Origin: Mytilus edulis
Lineage: Eukaryota
DNA: 64,000 nt
NCBI RefSeq assembly: GCF_963676685.1
Contig: NC_092344.1
Location: 32,674,001-32,738,000, forward strand
Direction of reading: 5' to 3'
In this document: positions 36,503-50,300 of the stretch, piece by piece
Position numbering within the stretch: position 1 is the stretch's first letter
Layout: every line of letters starts with the position of its first letter
Position numbers and translations under genes: made by a program
The notes under the pieces: generated by a model
Seen by the model: the letters and a program-made list of their open reading frames with translations, nothing else
What the model was told of the DNA's origin: nothing
Database searches by the model: none

Positions 36503-39500
36503 TTTTAATAAAAAAAAAAAAAAAAAAAAAAAAAAATTCATATATTGTTTTAATATGAATTAACATGTAAACACTCATACTTATATATTGATGTGATTGT
36601 CAGAGACACAAGTAGAAAACTTCATTATGCAGTTAAGGTTTTAGGTTTAAGTTTATTCCTTAAAAAAAACCTTGATCACACATCAAGTACATGAAATTTT
36701 AGTTTGTTGAAAATATGTTCATCTGATTGACAAATTTTCTCTTAAAGTTTAAAGTTTTATTGCATCAAAATAGTGGCTACACTCTCATTTTGTATTGAAG
36801 TGAAATAAAAATATATTTTGGTATTACATGTATTGGCAATGAAACTACTTTCAACGTACTTTACCTTTGTATGTCTGTAGGTCGGAACATCTTAATGTTG
36901 GTTTCCATTCTCTAACTTTAGTTTGCATTAACCAAGTGTTATGAAACTTATACAAAATTGCTTACAACCCCATAAACAGATTAGGTTTGATAAACGGTTG
37001 CATTTCTTCAACCGTTCTAGAGTTATGCCCCTTTACAATAGAAAAATTGCTGATTTTTTTGTTTCCGTTCTATAAATTTAGTTAACCTATTACCACAAAA
37101 AAACAGATCAAGTTAAAATTTTGGAGTTGTCACTGTAACTGTTGTAGAGTTATGTTCCTTCACAAATGGAAAAATTGCTGAATTTTTCGTTTCCGTCCTC
37201 TAACTTAAGTTTAAACATGTACCTACCTTGTGTTACAACAAAACTCTGCTCAAGTACAAATTTAGGTAGCACCACTTTTACTGTTTTTCAGTTATGTACC
37301 CTCAAAACTTAATTTGATATGCAAATGGGGGCATCATCCCCATTTATTTTCAAATTGATATTTGTTGCCTTAGTTTTGAAAGGACTTTAAAGTTTGATTA
37401 CATATTATAAGAATATTGGCTTATTATTTATACACATACAATTCTTTTATATTAAATTCACACATTGAAACAAAATGAATAGCATGATTAGAGTGAGACG
37501 ATAAATGGAAAACAGATGGTTTTAAAATGATGTACACAAACATGATAAAACATAAGTGGCAGAAGATACTTAGTGGACATTCAAAACTTATATGTTGAAA
37601 GGAAACTGACTCATGATGCAATGGCAAAAAAACAACAAAAGATTTCAAAAAGACCAACATACACACAAACACACTAGAAAACTTAAGAGTTTTGAGCAGC
37701 ATTAAACTGGGGGAGATCTCATGTGCAGCGGAATGGTAAGGTGATGCTGATCCTATAATGGATAATTTCTTGGTGCTCATTGTAAGTACAAATTTGGTGG
37801 TTGGTCTCATTTAGTGATGTCACAATTGAGGATAATCATCACAAAAGGTTTAATGTCTAATTACATTGTTTTTTTCCAGAAATCCTATATGTCTGAATTA
37901 GTCTGTTCAATCTAACAAAGGTTTGATGATAGTCTTTCGTGAATGCAAGGGAATGTTGCTATGAAGCATTCTAGCATTGAACCGTAGAACCCCATAATAG
38001 TTATGTGCATTATTCCTCAAAGAAAATGTGCGGTGTGGTCTACAGAATAGAGAATAATGGACAAAAGTAGATAATAATGTGGTGCTTAAATATAAAGAAT
38101 AACTGCAAAAAGTAAACAACTGGGTAAAAATATACTGATTAGAGAGAAGAAAAATGTTCAGAATACAATTTTCAAGTAATTAAATAAGAGCCTTTATTTT
38201 AAAGATAAAAAATAATGATCGAAAAAGTTAAAAGACTACAGAATTGAGGTACCCCATCCATATACCCTCATAGCAAAGGGTTGATCTGTTGAGATTAATC
38301 AATAGAGAATATTGGACGAAAAAGGGAATGTATTAGTCTTGTATTATTTTTAGTTTTAGTTTCTTTTGTACAATTTGGAGTTAAGTATGGCGTTCACTAT
38401 CACTTAAGTATTTATATATATATTTGTTTAGGGGCCAGCTGAAGGACAACTCTGGGTGCAGGAGTTTCTCGCTGCTTTTATTAAGACCTGTTTGTGACCT
38501 TCTGCTGTTGTCTGTTCTGTGGTCGGGTTGTTGTCTTTTTGACACATTCCCAATTTCCATTCTCAATTTTAATGGATAAAAATAGGATGTTAATACATGA
38601 TGAATCAAAAATAATTGGTTTTTAAGATAAAGAAAATACTTTAACCTATAATGATTTACTTTTTACACATTATGACTTTGATGCAGCCAAGGATTTGTAT
38701 AGTAAGGATACTATACAAATCCTTGATTCAGCGTTGTTCCGTTGTCACTCGTTCCACATCTTATTTCTGTATAAAAATAAAGAATATAGAAACTAAGGCA
38801 CGTCCTCCAAGCCCTCGTAGAAACCCAGACCCTCATAGAAACAGGGAATTACAATGACGGAGATCAATGAATAATGTATCTATCTTAGAAATGTGGTAAT
38901 AAAGGTTATTTTAAAGAAGTTTATTGGTGTGTATTCTCAACTGACTTACTAACAAACTTTAGTGTAAACTAAATGAACTACATTTGTACATCGTCCTAAA
39001 CATGCATGAAATATTTGCCACTGCCGGGATGTTTAAACAACCAAAAATCAATCTATTGTAAACTCCGAAGGACGCTTTGTTAATTAGTGATTTAAAGACC
39101 AAATTTACTAATTAATGTAAACTCTATAAGTTGACTTTTCTAAGTTCAATAAAATGCTTCAAAAATTATTTACAGATAAAGATCAATCAGCATCACTTAA
39201 TTATAATTAACATCATTTGAATATCACACCAATAATCTCTAATTATCTGTTCCTTGTCTCCATTTGTATCCATCTACAACAAATAAACATTTTAAAAATC
39301 CTGTATGTTAAACAACATGTACTGGCTTACAATCGTCTTGAATTTGACATGCATGAACTATTTGTCACTGTACGTAAAGCAAAGACTACCCAATCAATCT
39401 TTGTAATATATTATACAAAAGGTTGAGTTTGCTGAACATTACTATTCTTTAGATTAAGAAAAGTAAAAATAATACTCAGTGTTTAACTAAAAATAACGTC

Positions 39501-40173
39501 CAAGTTGAATGCTGAATAAGTTAATTTCAGATAAAGTTTACATACTTTATGTATGTTGAAATTATATTCGGATAATAAAAGAAAATCTAGTTTTGTAGAA
39601 AAAGTGAAAGAAATATCTTTCCCTTTGATGCAATAAATGTTTCCCTTCTTTTCCCAATCTATTCTTGTCTTCGTCTAATATTTAAAACGGATCCTTTACT
39701 TTGTTCGATTTCAGTGGCAATTTCAGTTTTTATTGCAGGTATATATTTTTATATATTGAGATGTTCCTGAGACTACTATAACAGTTATAGTAGTCTCGGG
39801 ATGTTCCAATCATAATTTGAAACCTATCATTTTAAAGGAAATCTCGGAATTGGTCAAGATCATGAGTTGTCGCATAGTTAAAAATATTTCTTATCATATG
39901 TATGTCTTTTTATTTATTAGCACAGCGGTACAGCTGTCCAAGTTCAACCAGCTATACCCGAGTTACTAATTAAACCAAAAGTTTTGTAACCCATGGTTAT
40001 TAAACATATTTTTAAACGACATTCTTTTTTATTAGATACAGCTCATGGATGATGCACTCTATAAATATGCGGATGATAGAAAAGTAAGGACTTGCAATGG
40101 TGGAAATGATATTTCAATATATAATTCGGCAATGTTAGAAAATGACAGTTTAAATTCATTAATTAACCCGGCA

Positions 40174-40530
40174 ACCACTGGGTCGATGCCACTGCTGGTG
40201 GAGATTTATTTCCCCGAGTGTATCACTAGCCCAGTAGTCAGCACTTTTTGTGCTGACATGAATTGTCATTGATATGGTTATATTTATAAATTTACTGTTT
40301 ACAAAATATTGAATTTTTTGAAAAACTAAGGCTTTTCTACCTCAGGCATAGATTACCTTAGCTGTATTTGGCAAAACTTTTAGGAATTTTGGTCCTCAAT
40401 GCTCTTCAACTTCGTACTTTATTTGGCCTTTTTAACTTTTTTGGATTCGAGCATCACTGATGAGTCTTTTGTAAACGAAACGAGCGTCTGGCGTATATTA
40501 AATTTAGTCCTGGTATCTATGATGAGTTTA
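40174..40530 (+). mobile_element. Retrozyme-like monomer of about 355 bp containing a minimal type I hammerhead ribozyme
   Basis: The unit starts accactgggtcgatgccactgctggtgg and the HHR lies at 40451-40494; homologous to 60250-60640 and 61797-62036. Confidence 0.75.
40451..40494 (+). ncRNA. Minimal type I hammerhead ribozyme
   Basis: gcatca-CTGATGA-gtct..aaac-GAAA-cgagcg-TC-tggcgt; core intact, with mismatches in the stems. Confidence 0.7.
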
Positions 40531-43241
40531 CTTATATCAAATGAAAGCAAATCCCGACATCTTTCAGACAATTGCAATGAAAGTAAAACTGGGGCAAAAA
40601 CGAAATCTTTCAATTTAATAGAAATTTCAAAATATTATTCAATATAATGAGCGAATATAAATATCTGAGTATAAACGGTAAGATAACGGCCGGAGTTAAA
40701 ACTAATAAACATATCGCTATTAATTGCACAAAAAGATTCCAGACAATTTTTGATAAAAAAAAAAAAAAACTTATGAAGATGTGCGTTTATGTTTGCCAAC
40801 GAGACAACTCTCCACAAGAGATCAATTGGTATAGAAGTTAACGACTATATACTGATCACCGTACGCTTGCCTTTAACAATGAGAAAAAAACATGTCGCAT
40901 AGTCAGCGAGCATGAAAGGTTCCTAAATAACTTATGTAAAATAATAAAAAGAGAAATCACTAGCTTGTTTTGTTTTTACAAAACAATGAACAAAAACAAA
41001 TACGATGCATAATACAGCAACACAGCAACAAATTACCACAGAATTACAGGCTCTTAGAATGTTCCTTTAGATATCAATATTGGAGCACAACTTCCAGATT
41101 CAATAGTTTATTAAAGTCTCACCACATACATACAAGTATAAACACAATATAATATCAAGTACACAATAAAAAAAAATTAGAATGCATGTGCCATTCTTAA
41201 AAGAACTATAAGAGACTGTTATTTACAATTACAAAACAACAGAATTAAAACATAGTTTTGTTCCATAGGTAAGGCGGATGCAATAGTCATTTTGCATTCT
41301 TTTGAATACTATGCAGATATATATGGTATTATTTACCTCACCATATGATAATCAAAAATCTTATATATAAACTCGCGGAACGACAAAATGTTTCACTGCA
41401 ATGATATGCAATGGATGAACATAACAGCTATACTACTCAATTTTTATTTGTATGTGTGGCTTTGTTAGAAATTATGCTCAGCTGCAACTGAGTGACTATA
41501 TATGTATACTTATTTAACATATGTAGGCTTGCGTCGTTTTATATATATATATATATATATGTTGAATATCAATCCTTTAGCTCGCTGTTTGTGCTCTATA
41601 CATGTATATTCAATGTCTCATTATATATGTCTTCTAGTATTCAAAATTACAAAAAGAAGATGTGGTATGATTGGTAACGAGACGAATCTCAACAAGAGAC
41701 CAAATGACACAGACATAAAAACTATAGACCACTGTACGGCCCTCAACAGTGAGCAAACGGCCCATATCGCATAGTCAGCTATAAGTCAGGTTGTCTCAGT
41801 GTCTTATGTATTATGTGTGTCAATGTCGGTTAAACATTAATTTTTTTTAAATTGAAGATGGAAACGATCAATGCGCAGAAACAGATCAAGGCCACCAATT
41901 GGTCTTCACTGACACAGCAAGAAAATATGGCATCCAGAGACGGGCTTCAGCTGAACCCTTAACAAAAATGTATAATTGTTCAGAGTAAATGGACGCCACA
42001 CTAAAAACCGAAACACATAAATGAACCAAAATTTAAAAAAAATATTTAAGAAAAGCAAAGGCCAGAAGTTTCTGATTGGGATAGGCTCAAAAATGCGGCG
42101 GAGTCATATATGTTTATTCGAGGTAAAAGACATGAATTTGATGGACACATTGAATAAAATGGCATACAAGGCACTAGACATGAATAGCTTTAGACAACGT
42201 AAAAAGTTATTTCAACTTATTTCCAGTGAGGTCCTTTGAAACTTATTTCCACTAGGGTTAAAAATGTTCAAGTTGTGAGATCTCAATCCTCCCCTCTATA
42301 CTTTAACCAATGTAAAATAAACAAACACACTGCGGCACATTTTCTTAGTACTTAAGATCAGCAAAATAACAAATTCCCTATATTTCCGGCACCAGGGAAA
42401 TTTCCATTGCTTTAGAAATAAGCTATTATTGCCTGCTTTAACTAAGATATTTTTTATCAGAGCCGGCAAAATATAGCATATTTTCTATACTGCCTTTTTG
42501 TATTCTTTTTTATATTTTTTTTTCAAGGCCATGTGTATAATAATAAGTCTCTCTAGTAATGGAGCTCTGATATAATACATTATAATCATTGGACCTTTCA
42601 GTTTAATTTCAAACAAAATCTTCAAAAAAGCTGGGAACAGTATATATGTATTATTTGAAGTCCACGACTACTGGGACTATTATACTAGTACATGTATAAT
42701 AGTCCCAGATTACTAAACGTCTAGTAATGGACTTCTGGTATTAGAATTAGATTTTCTAGCAATGTGCACTCTACTATCCATATCCGTATACTGAAAAAAA
42801 ACCTAGTGCACATTGCTAGAAAACAAAGAAATATCGATGGCATCGTCAAATACGTTAATATAGTAATACAAATAGACAGGAAATACTTAAAATATAAAAT
42901 AAACATTGATTAACAAAATTTTAATCTGCTAACCGAGTCCCTGTGAATAGTTCCAGCCTTTGATCACAATTTAATTTTTGACGCGAACGTCTACGAGAGC
43001 ACCCCACCAACTACGGCGCTCTTCGATAGTTTTGCGAATCGTTGACTGTAGATTACTGAGGGAGCAGTACTTTTATTTATATCACTAAGATGTATTTAAG
43101 GGACATACGATAATTAAATACGAGTTTGAAAACAAAATTAAGTGATTGATTTATAATAATTGCCTGATCTAATAAAAGGACGAGTCTTTTATAAAGTTGT
43201 GATAAATACAAAAAGGGAAGTAAACGAATTCTCCCTTCAAA

Positions 43242-46200
43242 ATGGCTGCTAAAGGAAAACAAGAAAACGTGGGGAGCGATGAAGAAGAAGAAACTGTCCA
43301 AACTATTCCCCAACGAAATATATCAGGCATTAGAAACAAAATACTCAGAAATGAAGCATATAAAAAACTCAAAAAAGAAAAAGCAAAGGTACGAAACAGG
43401 ATAACACGGGTCAAAACAGTTTTCTATACTGACATACTGATTACTGTTGGAAATTTATTATATAGGTGGATTTAGGTAGTGTCCTGGACCCCCATTTTAT
43501 GGGGAAAAATTGTTGACTATAGAGAATCACTGAGACATGACTGGAGCAGGCCCTCTTAAGCAGTCTGTGGGCCCCCTTATGAAAATTTGCTCAGTATTTG
43601 CATGTGTCTCCGCACCATAAGAAGATACAATGTATTCTCAAATTTAAATCTGTCCAAAGCAGTGCTACCTACATTTTTTGTACATTGTACATGTAACTTG
43701 TAAAGGATATGAATCATGTAAGCTATTAGGATAGATTACTTACATTTTACGACACATATACTTCATATATTTTTAATTAGAGTAGTGGATCACTATTAAC
43801 TTTTCAGACTTAACATGGTAAGGAGTGTAATTAGATATAAAGGTGTTAAATGATGAAAATTGAAACCTGCACAAAATTTATAAGTTCTTGTTAATTGTTA
43901 AGCTGCACACCTATATCAGTTAAGCAAGTATAATATGTAAATATTATCATGCGATGAGAAATTTCATTAGGACATTCCAAGATGAGGGGTCAGTAGAAGC
44001 CATGGCTTATGAAAGGACCCCCAGATAAAGCCATGGCTTATGTAAGAACCCCCAGATAAAGTTTTAAAGTAGACACAATTGGTAGATTTGGTAATTTATG
44101 ACATTTCTGTATATCTTCATATCTTCAAAGCTTAAGATTCTTTGAATTACTTTTGGTTTCAAAGGCTTGAAATAAACAGACAATACCATGGCTAAAAGAG
44201 AAAAAAGGCAAACAGAAAAACAATAGTTCACAAGACACAACAAAGAAAACTAAAGACTAAGCAACACCAACCCCCCCTCCCCCCCAAAAAAAACAACTGG
44301 TTAGATCTCAGGTGTTCCTGAGGGATAAGCAGATCCTGCTCCACATGTGGAACCTGTTGTGTTGCTCATGTTATTATAAACCTGATAAATAGTCTAATTT
44401 TGTAGGTCATATTTGTGAAAAGGGAACGTGATTGTAGTTACGACATTAGGAACATATCTGATATCATCTGTGAAACAGATATTCCATAATGGTCAAATCA
44501 AGACAAAAGCCCCATTTCAAAACTGATTGTTTATTGTTGTAGTCTAAATCAGGCCTTTTGTTTCTCTTTTAATTGATTCACAATTTTTCATCCTTTTAAT
44601 TTTATAGCTTACAATACAGTGTAAATTGTTCATTGTTGAAGGCCATTAAGTTACCTGTCAGTCTTCAAATTTGTTCATTTGTCTTTGATGTATAGTTGTC
44701 TCATTTTGGCATTGCAAAATGCTACATCACAGTTTTATAATACTTATATGTTATATCAAGTTTTCTTGTTAGCCATGTTAGCTGCCAACTGTGAAATTTC
44801 CAAAGTTTACTTTTTCCTCTCACTGGTTATAGAAAAAGGCTGTAAAACACAACATTTTACCTTGTAAATATTTATATTTTAGACGAAAATAGAAGAAAAG
44901 AAGAAAAGAAAAAGAGAAGAAGAAGCTTCGGGTGAAAAGGTATGTAAATGTGAAACAGAATGGAAATTGAAACTTTACATGTATTAGTTGTTTTTGGGAA
45001 ATTTTTCCTTTGTATAATTGTCTTATACATGTAGGGTTTTTGGTAGCTTCCAACTGTTTCTGTTCAACAACCTATTACCCATTCAATCTATTACATACAT
45101 GTATGTATTATGAAATTCTATTATGATGCTACTGATGACAAAATGGAGGTGCAGTTCCATATTTTTCACTTTACCTGTCAGGAGTTAAAGTCCTTGATAT
45201 TGTAAAACAGCACTTAATGCCCTTTTCTTGCAATATCATTTGATTTGTATTATATTTATGACAAAATGGAGGTCATGTGAGATATTGACGAATTCCACTT
45301 ATAACTTTCAGGAGTTGTAAAATGTATGTCAGGTTTATATATTTACAAATTTTCTTGAAATAAATGAAATTTTTCATAAGGTGATAAAAATGTTTTAAGG
45401 GTTTGTGTATACAATGTACAAATAGCTTTTCAATGCTGTTAACCAATAGATTCAGTTAGATTTTGTTTTGTAGGAGCCAAAGAAAGTCCCCAAAACCATA
45501 GAAAGTATGAGGGTGTATGATGAGACCATGGTTAATCCAGACGACGAAGAGGTAAGTATCTAAATAAAAAAAATAGTGTATTTCTGGCTTGAACACTTAT
45601 TTGAGTAAAGTATAATATTTATTGAAAATATTTCAGGATTAATGGTAAGGTCTTCATGACCAGTCTGTGAAACATTATATCATGAATCAATTAAAACAAG
45701 AGGAATGAAAATAATTTCTGTTTTTGCATATTTTTCATTTTCTGTACAGTTATGTGCCCTAATAATTTAAAAATTTAAACTTTCTGTCTGTATTTATTGT
45801 TTAATATCAAAATAGGGATTAATTTTATTGTTTTGAATCTGATTCAGGCAAATCAGTCTATTAACGGTTGCACTCTTGAACTAAACTATTGATATGTATA
45901 TAGTCATAGATATTTCTAGGGTTCAAATTTATATTGATTTGTAGCTGACTAAAAATGTTATTGATGAGAAACAGAGTTTCTGGGTTAATTTGATTATTTT
46001 ATCCGTAAGGTGGTACCAAACACTTCAGGGAGATAACTGTAAAATCAGCTAAACGTTTTAATCATGTTCTATTGTTTATGAAATAGTAAGCTTCTCGATG
46101 ATCAAAATAAGTGTTTATTTAACTGAAATACATCCAATGAAATTTTTCCGTGAAAGTGATTAGTTCAAGGTTTTTTTGAAATTTTTATATTTTTTTGATG

Positions 46201-47274
46201 GGTCAGATTAGATATTCTGTCCAATTTTATGAAAATTAATTTGAGTCAAAGTGTTGGGTACCACCTTAATTGCTGTAACTTTTATTTTGATGAGTTAACT
46301 GTAATATAATTTTAGCAGAAACAATGTGAACAAATGTCAGACGGAAAAAATAACCAAAACTGTTTGAGTGGGTTCATAGTTCAATCCATATTACATGTAT
46401 TATGATTGAACTTGTTCTACTTTAAAATTGAATAAAGCTTCTTTACTGAGTCCATAGATATGATGATACAGATTGGTAAATGTGTGAGTTTTTTTTTTAT
46501 TACAGGTTATGTTAGATGAGGCTACAGATGAATTAGCTTCATATTTTAACAGAGAAACTCTACCTAAACTTCTTATTACTACCTGTGATAGACCTGGTGC
46601 GGTAAGTTACACAGAAATTTGTTATAGGATGTTTTTTTTTCACCAGAATTGAATTATTTATTCAGTATTTAATTAAACAAATAAGAGTTCATTAGCAAGA
46701 TTTTTTTTAATTTCTGGAGTAATATTCTTTGAACAAAATACTGATTGTTTGCATTGGATTTTTTTTATTTCTTGAGTGAAGAGCCTTGAACAAAATACTG
46801 ATTGTTTTGATTTTTTTTTAAAAACAAGAATTTTGTACCACAGTAATATAATTAAGGGACTATGATTTAGATTCTGTGTGTAATTATTTGCACTATGACT
46901 TCTTTCTAGTTTTCAGAAATTTTAGCAAAATGTTCATTAACTGTAATTGCTTTGAAGGATTATCAACAAGCTCTTTAAGAAAAAAACTAAAAATGTTTGG
47001 ATGAAGCATTTATTAATTTATAAAAATGCACCTGTTAATAAATTTGATATGATATTTTTTTCAGAGAACAAATAAATTTTGTAAAGAGTTGAAGAAAATG
47101 TTGCCTAATGCAGAAATAAAATACAGAAGAGGTTTGGATTTAAAGAAAATTATACCACAGGCTATGGAAAGAGATTTTACAGATATTTTAGTGATAAATG
47201 AGGACAGAAAAGAGCCTAGTATCCTTTTTTATGCTTTTTGTACAATTTCAACATTGCTTTCTATCCATTCATAC

Positions 47275-47307
<33 letters not shown>

Positions 47308-50300
47308 TCTTTATTTAAAGAGGGTTACACAGTTAGCTATAAAGCTAATCTTCCCTGAGGCCCCCATGAAATACAATGAAATATAACAAACAATTACAAA
47401 ATATCAAACAGACACACATACATGAATAATGAAATAAAAAATTGTTATGAAATATACAATTTTCAAAACAGGTAAAAGTTACAAATTCATATATGACATG
47501 TATAGTATTGGCATCAACAATATCATAAGTTTGAGTAAGTGTGTGAAAATTATTATGCAAATAAAAAACGCACAGCTTCTTAATGTTCCATCAAGTAATT
47601 TTTTAAATCTTTTTTGAATGAGCTTGTACTTGAGGTTGATTTTTTCAGGGATATTGGTAAGTTATTGAACAGATATATCATGTTAAGGAGGGGTATTTGC
47701 GAAAAATACCAGTCGAGAGAATGTTAAATTTCACGAGCCGTAAGGCGAGGGAAATTCATTCTCAAGACTGGTATTTTCGCAAATACCCCTCAATAACATG
47801 ATATATCTGTTTAATTACACCGATTATTAATGTACTAAAACGCATTGATGATCATGACGTTTCAAGCGTCCAGTTGGATAGAGTATTTTTTGACAAATAC
47901 CGCGGCAGAGAGGGTAAAAAAAGGCATATCCTTTTAGCAAATACCCCGGCGGCGTTAAAAATGAACGATATTCATTTGATAATAGTAAATTGGTGAAAAA
48001 TACACTGGCTATTAACCAATCAAAACCCCGGATTCTTATATATTAAAGGTGTAATTATCCATAAAAAAGATCCTGAATATATAAAAGATTTCTTATAAAG
48101 CTCTGTTTTGGCTTTTGGAACTTGTAAATTTTTGCAAGAGGCATTTCTCAAACGGTTTGGTTTATTTCTGGCATTTCTTTAAATTTTTCAGTGAGATATA
48201 CAGGGGCTTCATTCTTAAGGCATTTATGCATCAAAACTGATTTGTGGTATGAGATTCTGTTCTCTACTGTCATCCATCCAAGCTGTTAAAACAGTGGAGC
48301 TGATGATGAAAGTGGATCAGCATCTAAAATAAGTCTTGCAGCCCTTTTCTGCAATTTTATTATTCTAACTAGCTCATTTTTAGCACAACCACTCCAAATA
48401 ATACAACAATAATCTATCAGTGGGAGAATATAACCATTATAAAATAATTTTCTTAGATCAACAGTTAGAAATTTCTTGATTTTAGAGAGTAAAAAAAGTC
48501 TAGATGAAATTGATGAACATAAGTAATTAATATGGCCTGTCCAGGACAGATTAGAGTCAATTCTAACACCTAAAAGTTTTTCAACTGATGATTTTTGAAG
48601 AATATTATTCTCTATAGTTAGAACTGGTTCTGCTTGATTTAAACACAGCCTTTGTCTTGTACCTATAACCATACATTTTGTCTTATTCGAATTTATGAAC
48701 TTGCTATTGTCATGACACCATTTTTCGACACATTGGAGATCATCTTGTACTTTTAATTGCATATCACAAATAGTCTTTCATGATGTACCGTATGCATAGT
48801 TTTGTCATCAGCATACAAGTCTGTATGGCAGTTTTTGATGTGTAATGGAAGGTCATTTATGAACAAAACAAACAAAATGGGACCAAGTATTGAGCCCTGT
48901 GGAACACCAAAATTTATAAATTTGTTATCAGAAAACTGATTATTTATATGGACTTGCTGTGTTCTTTCACTCAAAGATGATTTTAAAAAATCAACAGTAT
49001 CTTCATGGAAGCCATAAATTAGAAGTTTTTTACATAGAATTTCATGATCAACAACATCGAAAGCTTTCTTAAAATCCAAGAGGACGGCCAAATTGATATT
49101 TCCATTATTCATTTCATGTAGCCATTTATCAATAATATTAATGAGGGCAGTTTGACATGAATGGTTGGGTCTAAAACCAAACTGGGAAAGGTGTAAAATA
49201 TCAAACTTTGTCAAATATTTATACAGATGTTTAGATACATGTCTCTCAATTAATTTTTATACAATTAATTGTGATACAGTGTCACAGCATCCGATGCCTC
49301 GTGTAAGGAGAGTGCCACGTTCTTTGCACCTTAAGAACCCTTGCAACAACTCTTTGAGGGGTCCGTGGGTGGCCTGTTGCAAGGCAAAATTTCTGTCCCT
49401 ATCCAATATACCCTCATTTTCCAGTGGCAGTCCAAATTTCCCCGACCTTCATCCCAGATGGCCTCTATTGTATCAACCTACCTATTGTATTTATTGTGAA
49501 CTTGTTCTCGTCCTGAATATGCATGAAATATTTGCCACTGGACGTTAAGCAACCAACAATCAATCAACCAAGCAGTGTCACAGCGATGGGTTAAGAATTT
49601 AAAAAGAAACAACAGATATTAGTTAAGTTACCGACATTTCTCTATTTGTATAAATAACCATTTTACAATTTTTACAACAGAAGCACCTCTCAAAAAAAAT
49701 GTGTGTAAAGTCGATACTTTAACAACCATATAACTACAAACAGAAGCATTCAATCTTATAATCACAAATTGATGATTAAACCCAGAAATTAAAAGTTGAA
49801 TAAATCATTTCCTTGGCTAGGATTTTTCAAAAAATTGTTCCTAACTAAAAAGTTACAAAATGTGTAAATTTTTTGTTGAGAGCAAGAACAGTCATTATAC
49901 GCTCCACCTTTAAGTCCTTGTTTGTCCAACAAATATTTCATCATACTTTTCTCCGAAAATTCTGAGCAGAATAAGCGCATTTCATATCTGTCATATTCCT
50001 TCTTTCTGTTTTCCAATACATTGAATTTTTCAATTTGTTGAATGAACATTTTCCTCGCCCATTTCTCCTATACTGTACTACTAAAAAGTATAACTCCATT
50101 TTTCATCAGCAGCTTAAAGGGAAAATTCGCGATTTTTTACTTATGGTTTAAATATGTTCATTATGACAAAATATATATATTCACAAAGTTTTATCGCTAT
50201 ATGTCCAGTAATAAAGGAGAAATTCAACAATTAATGAAATTTTTTTAACTACTTCCTGTAGGTCGTGACGTTTTCTCCTGGTTTTTGCATGCCGGGATTT

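Noticed and set aside
35948-36536. TIMM29 processed pseudogene (because of the poly(A))
   Set aside because: The frame is intact, with a proper upstream exon, intron and promoter-side arrangement, and no flanking TSD was seen.
37400-43100. Additional gene between TIMM29 and RPF1 (e.g. ORFs 38651-38857 and 40045-40272)
   Set aside because: I could not build a phase-consistent exon chain or recognise homology, and several ORFs run into repeats.
47198-47386. Poly-Asn / poly-Ile ORF extensions
   Set aside because: These are the (AAT)n tail of the LINE inside the RPF1 intron.
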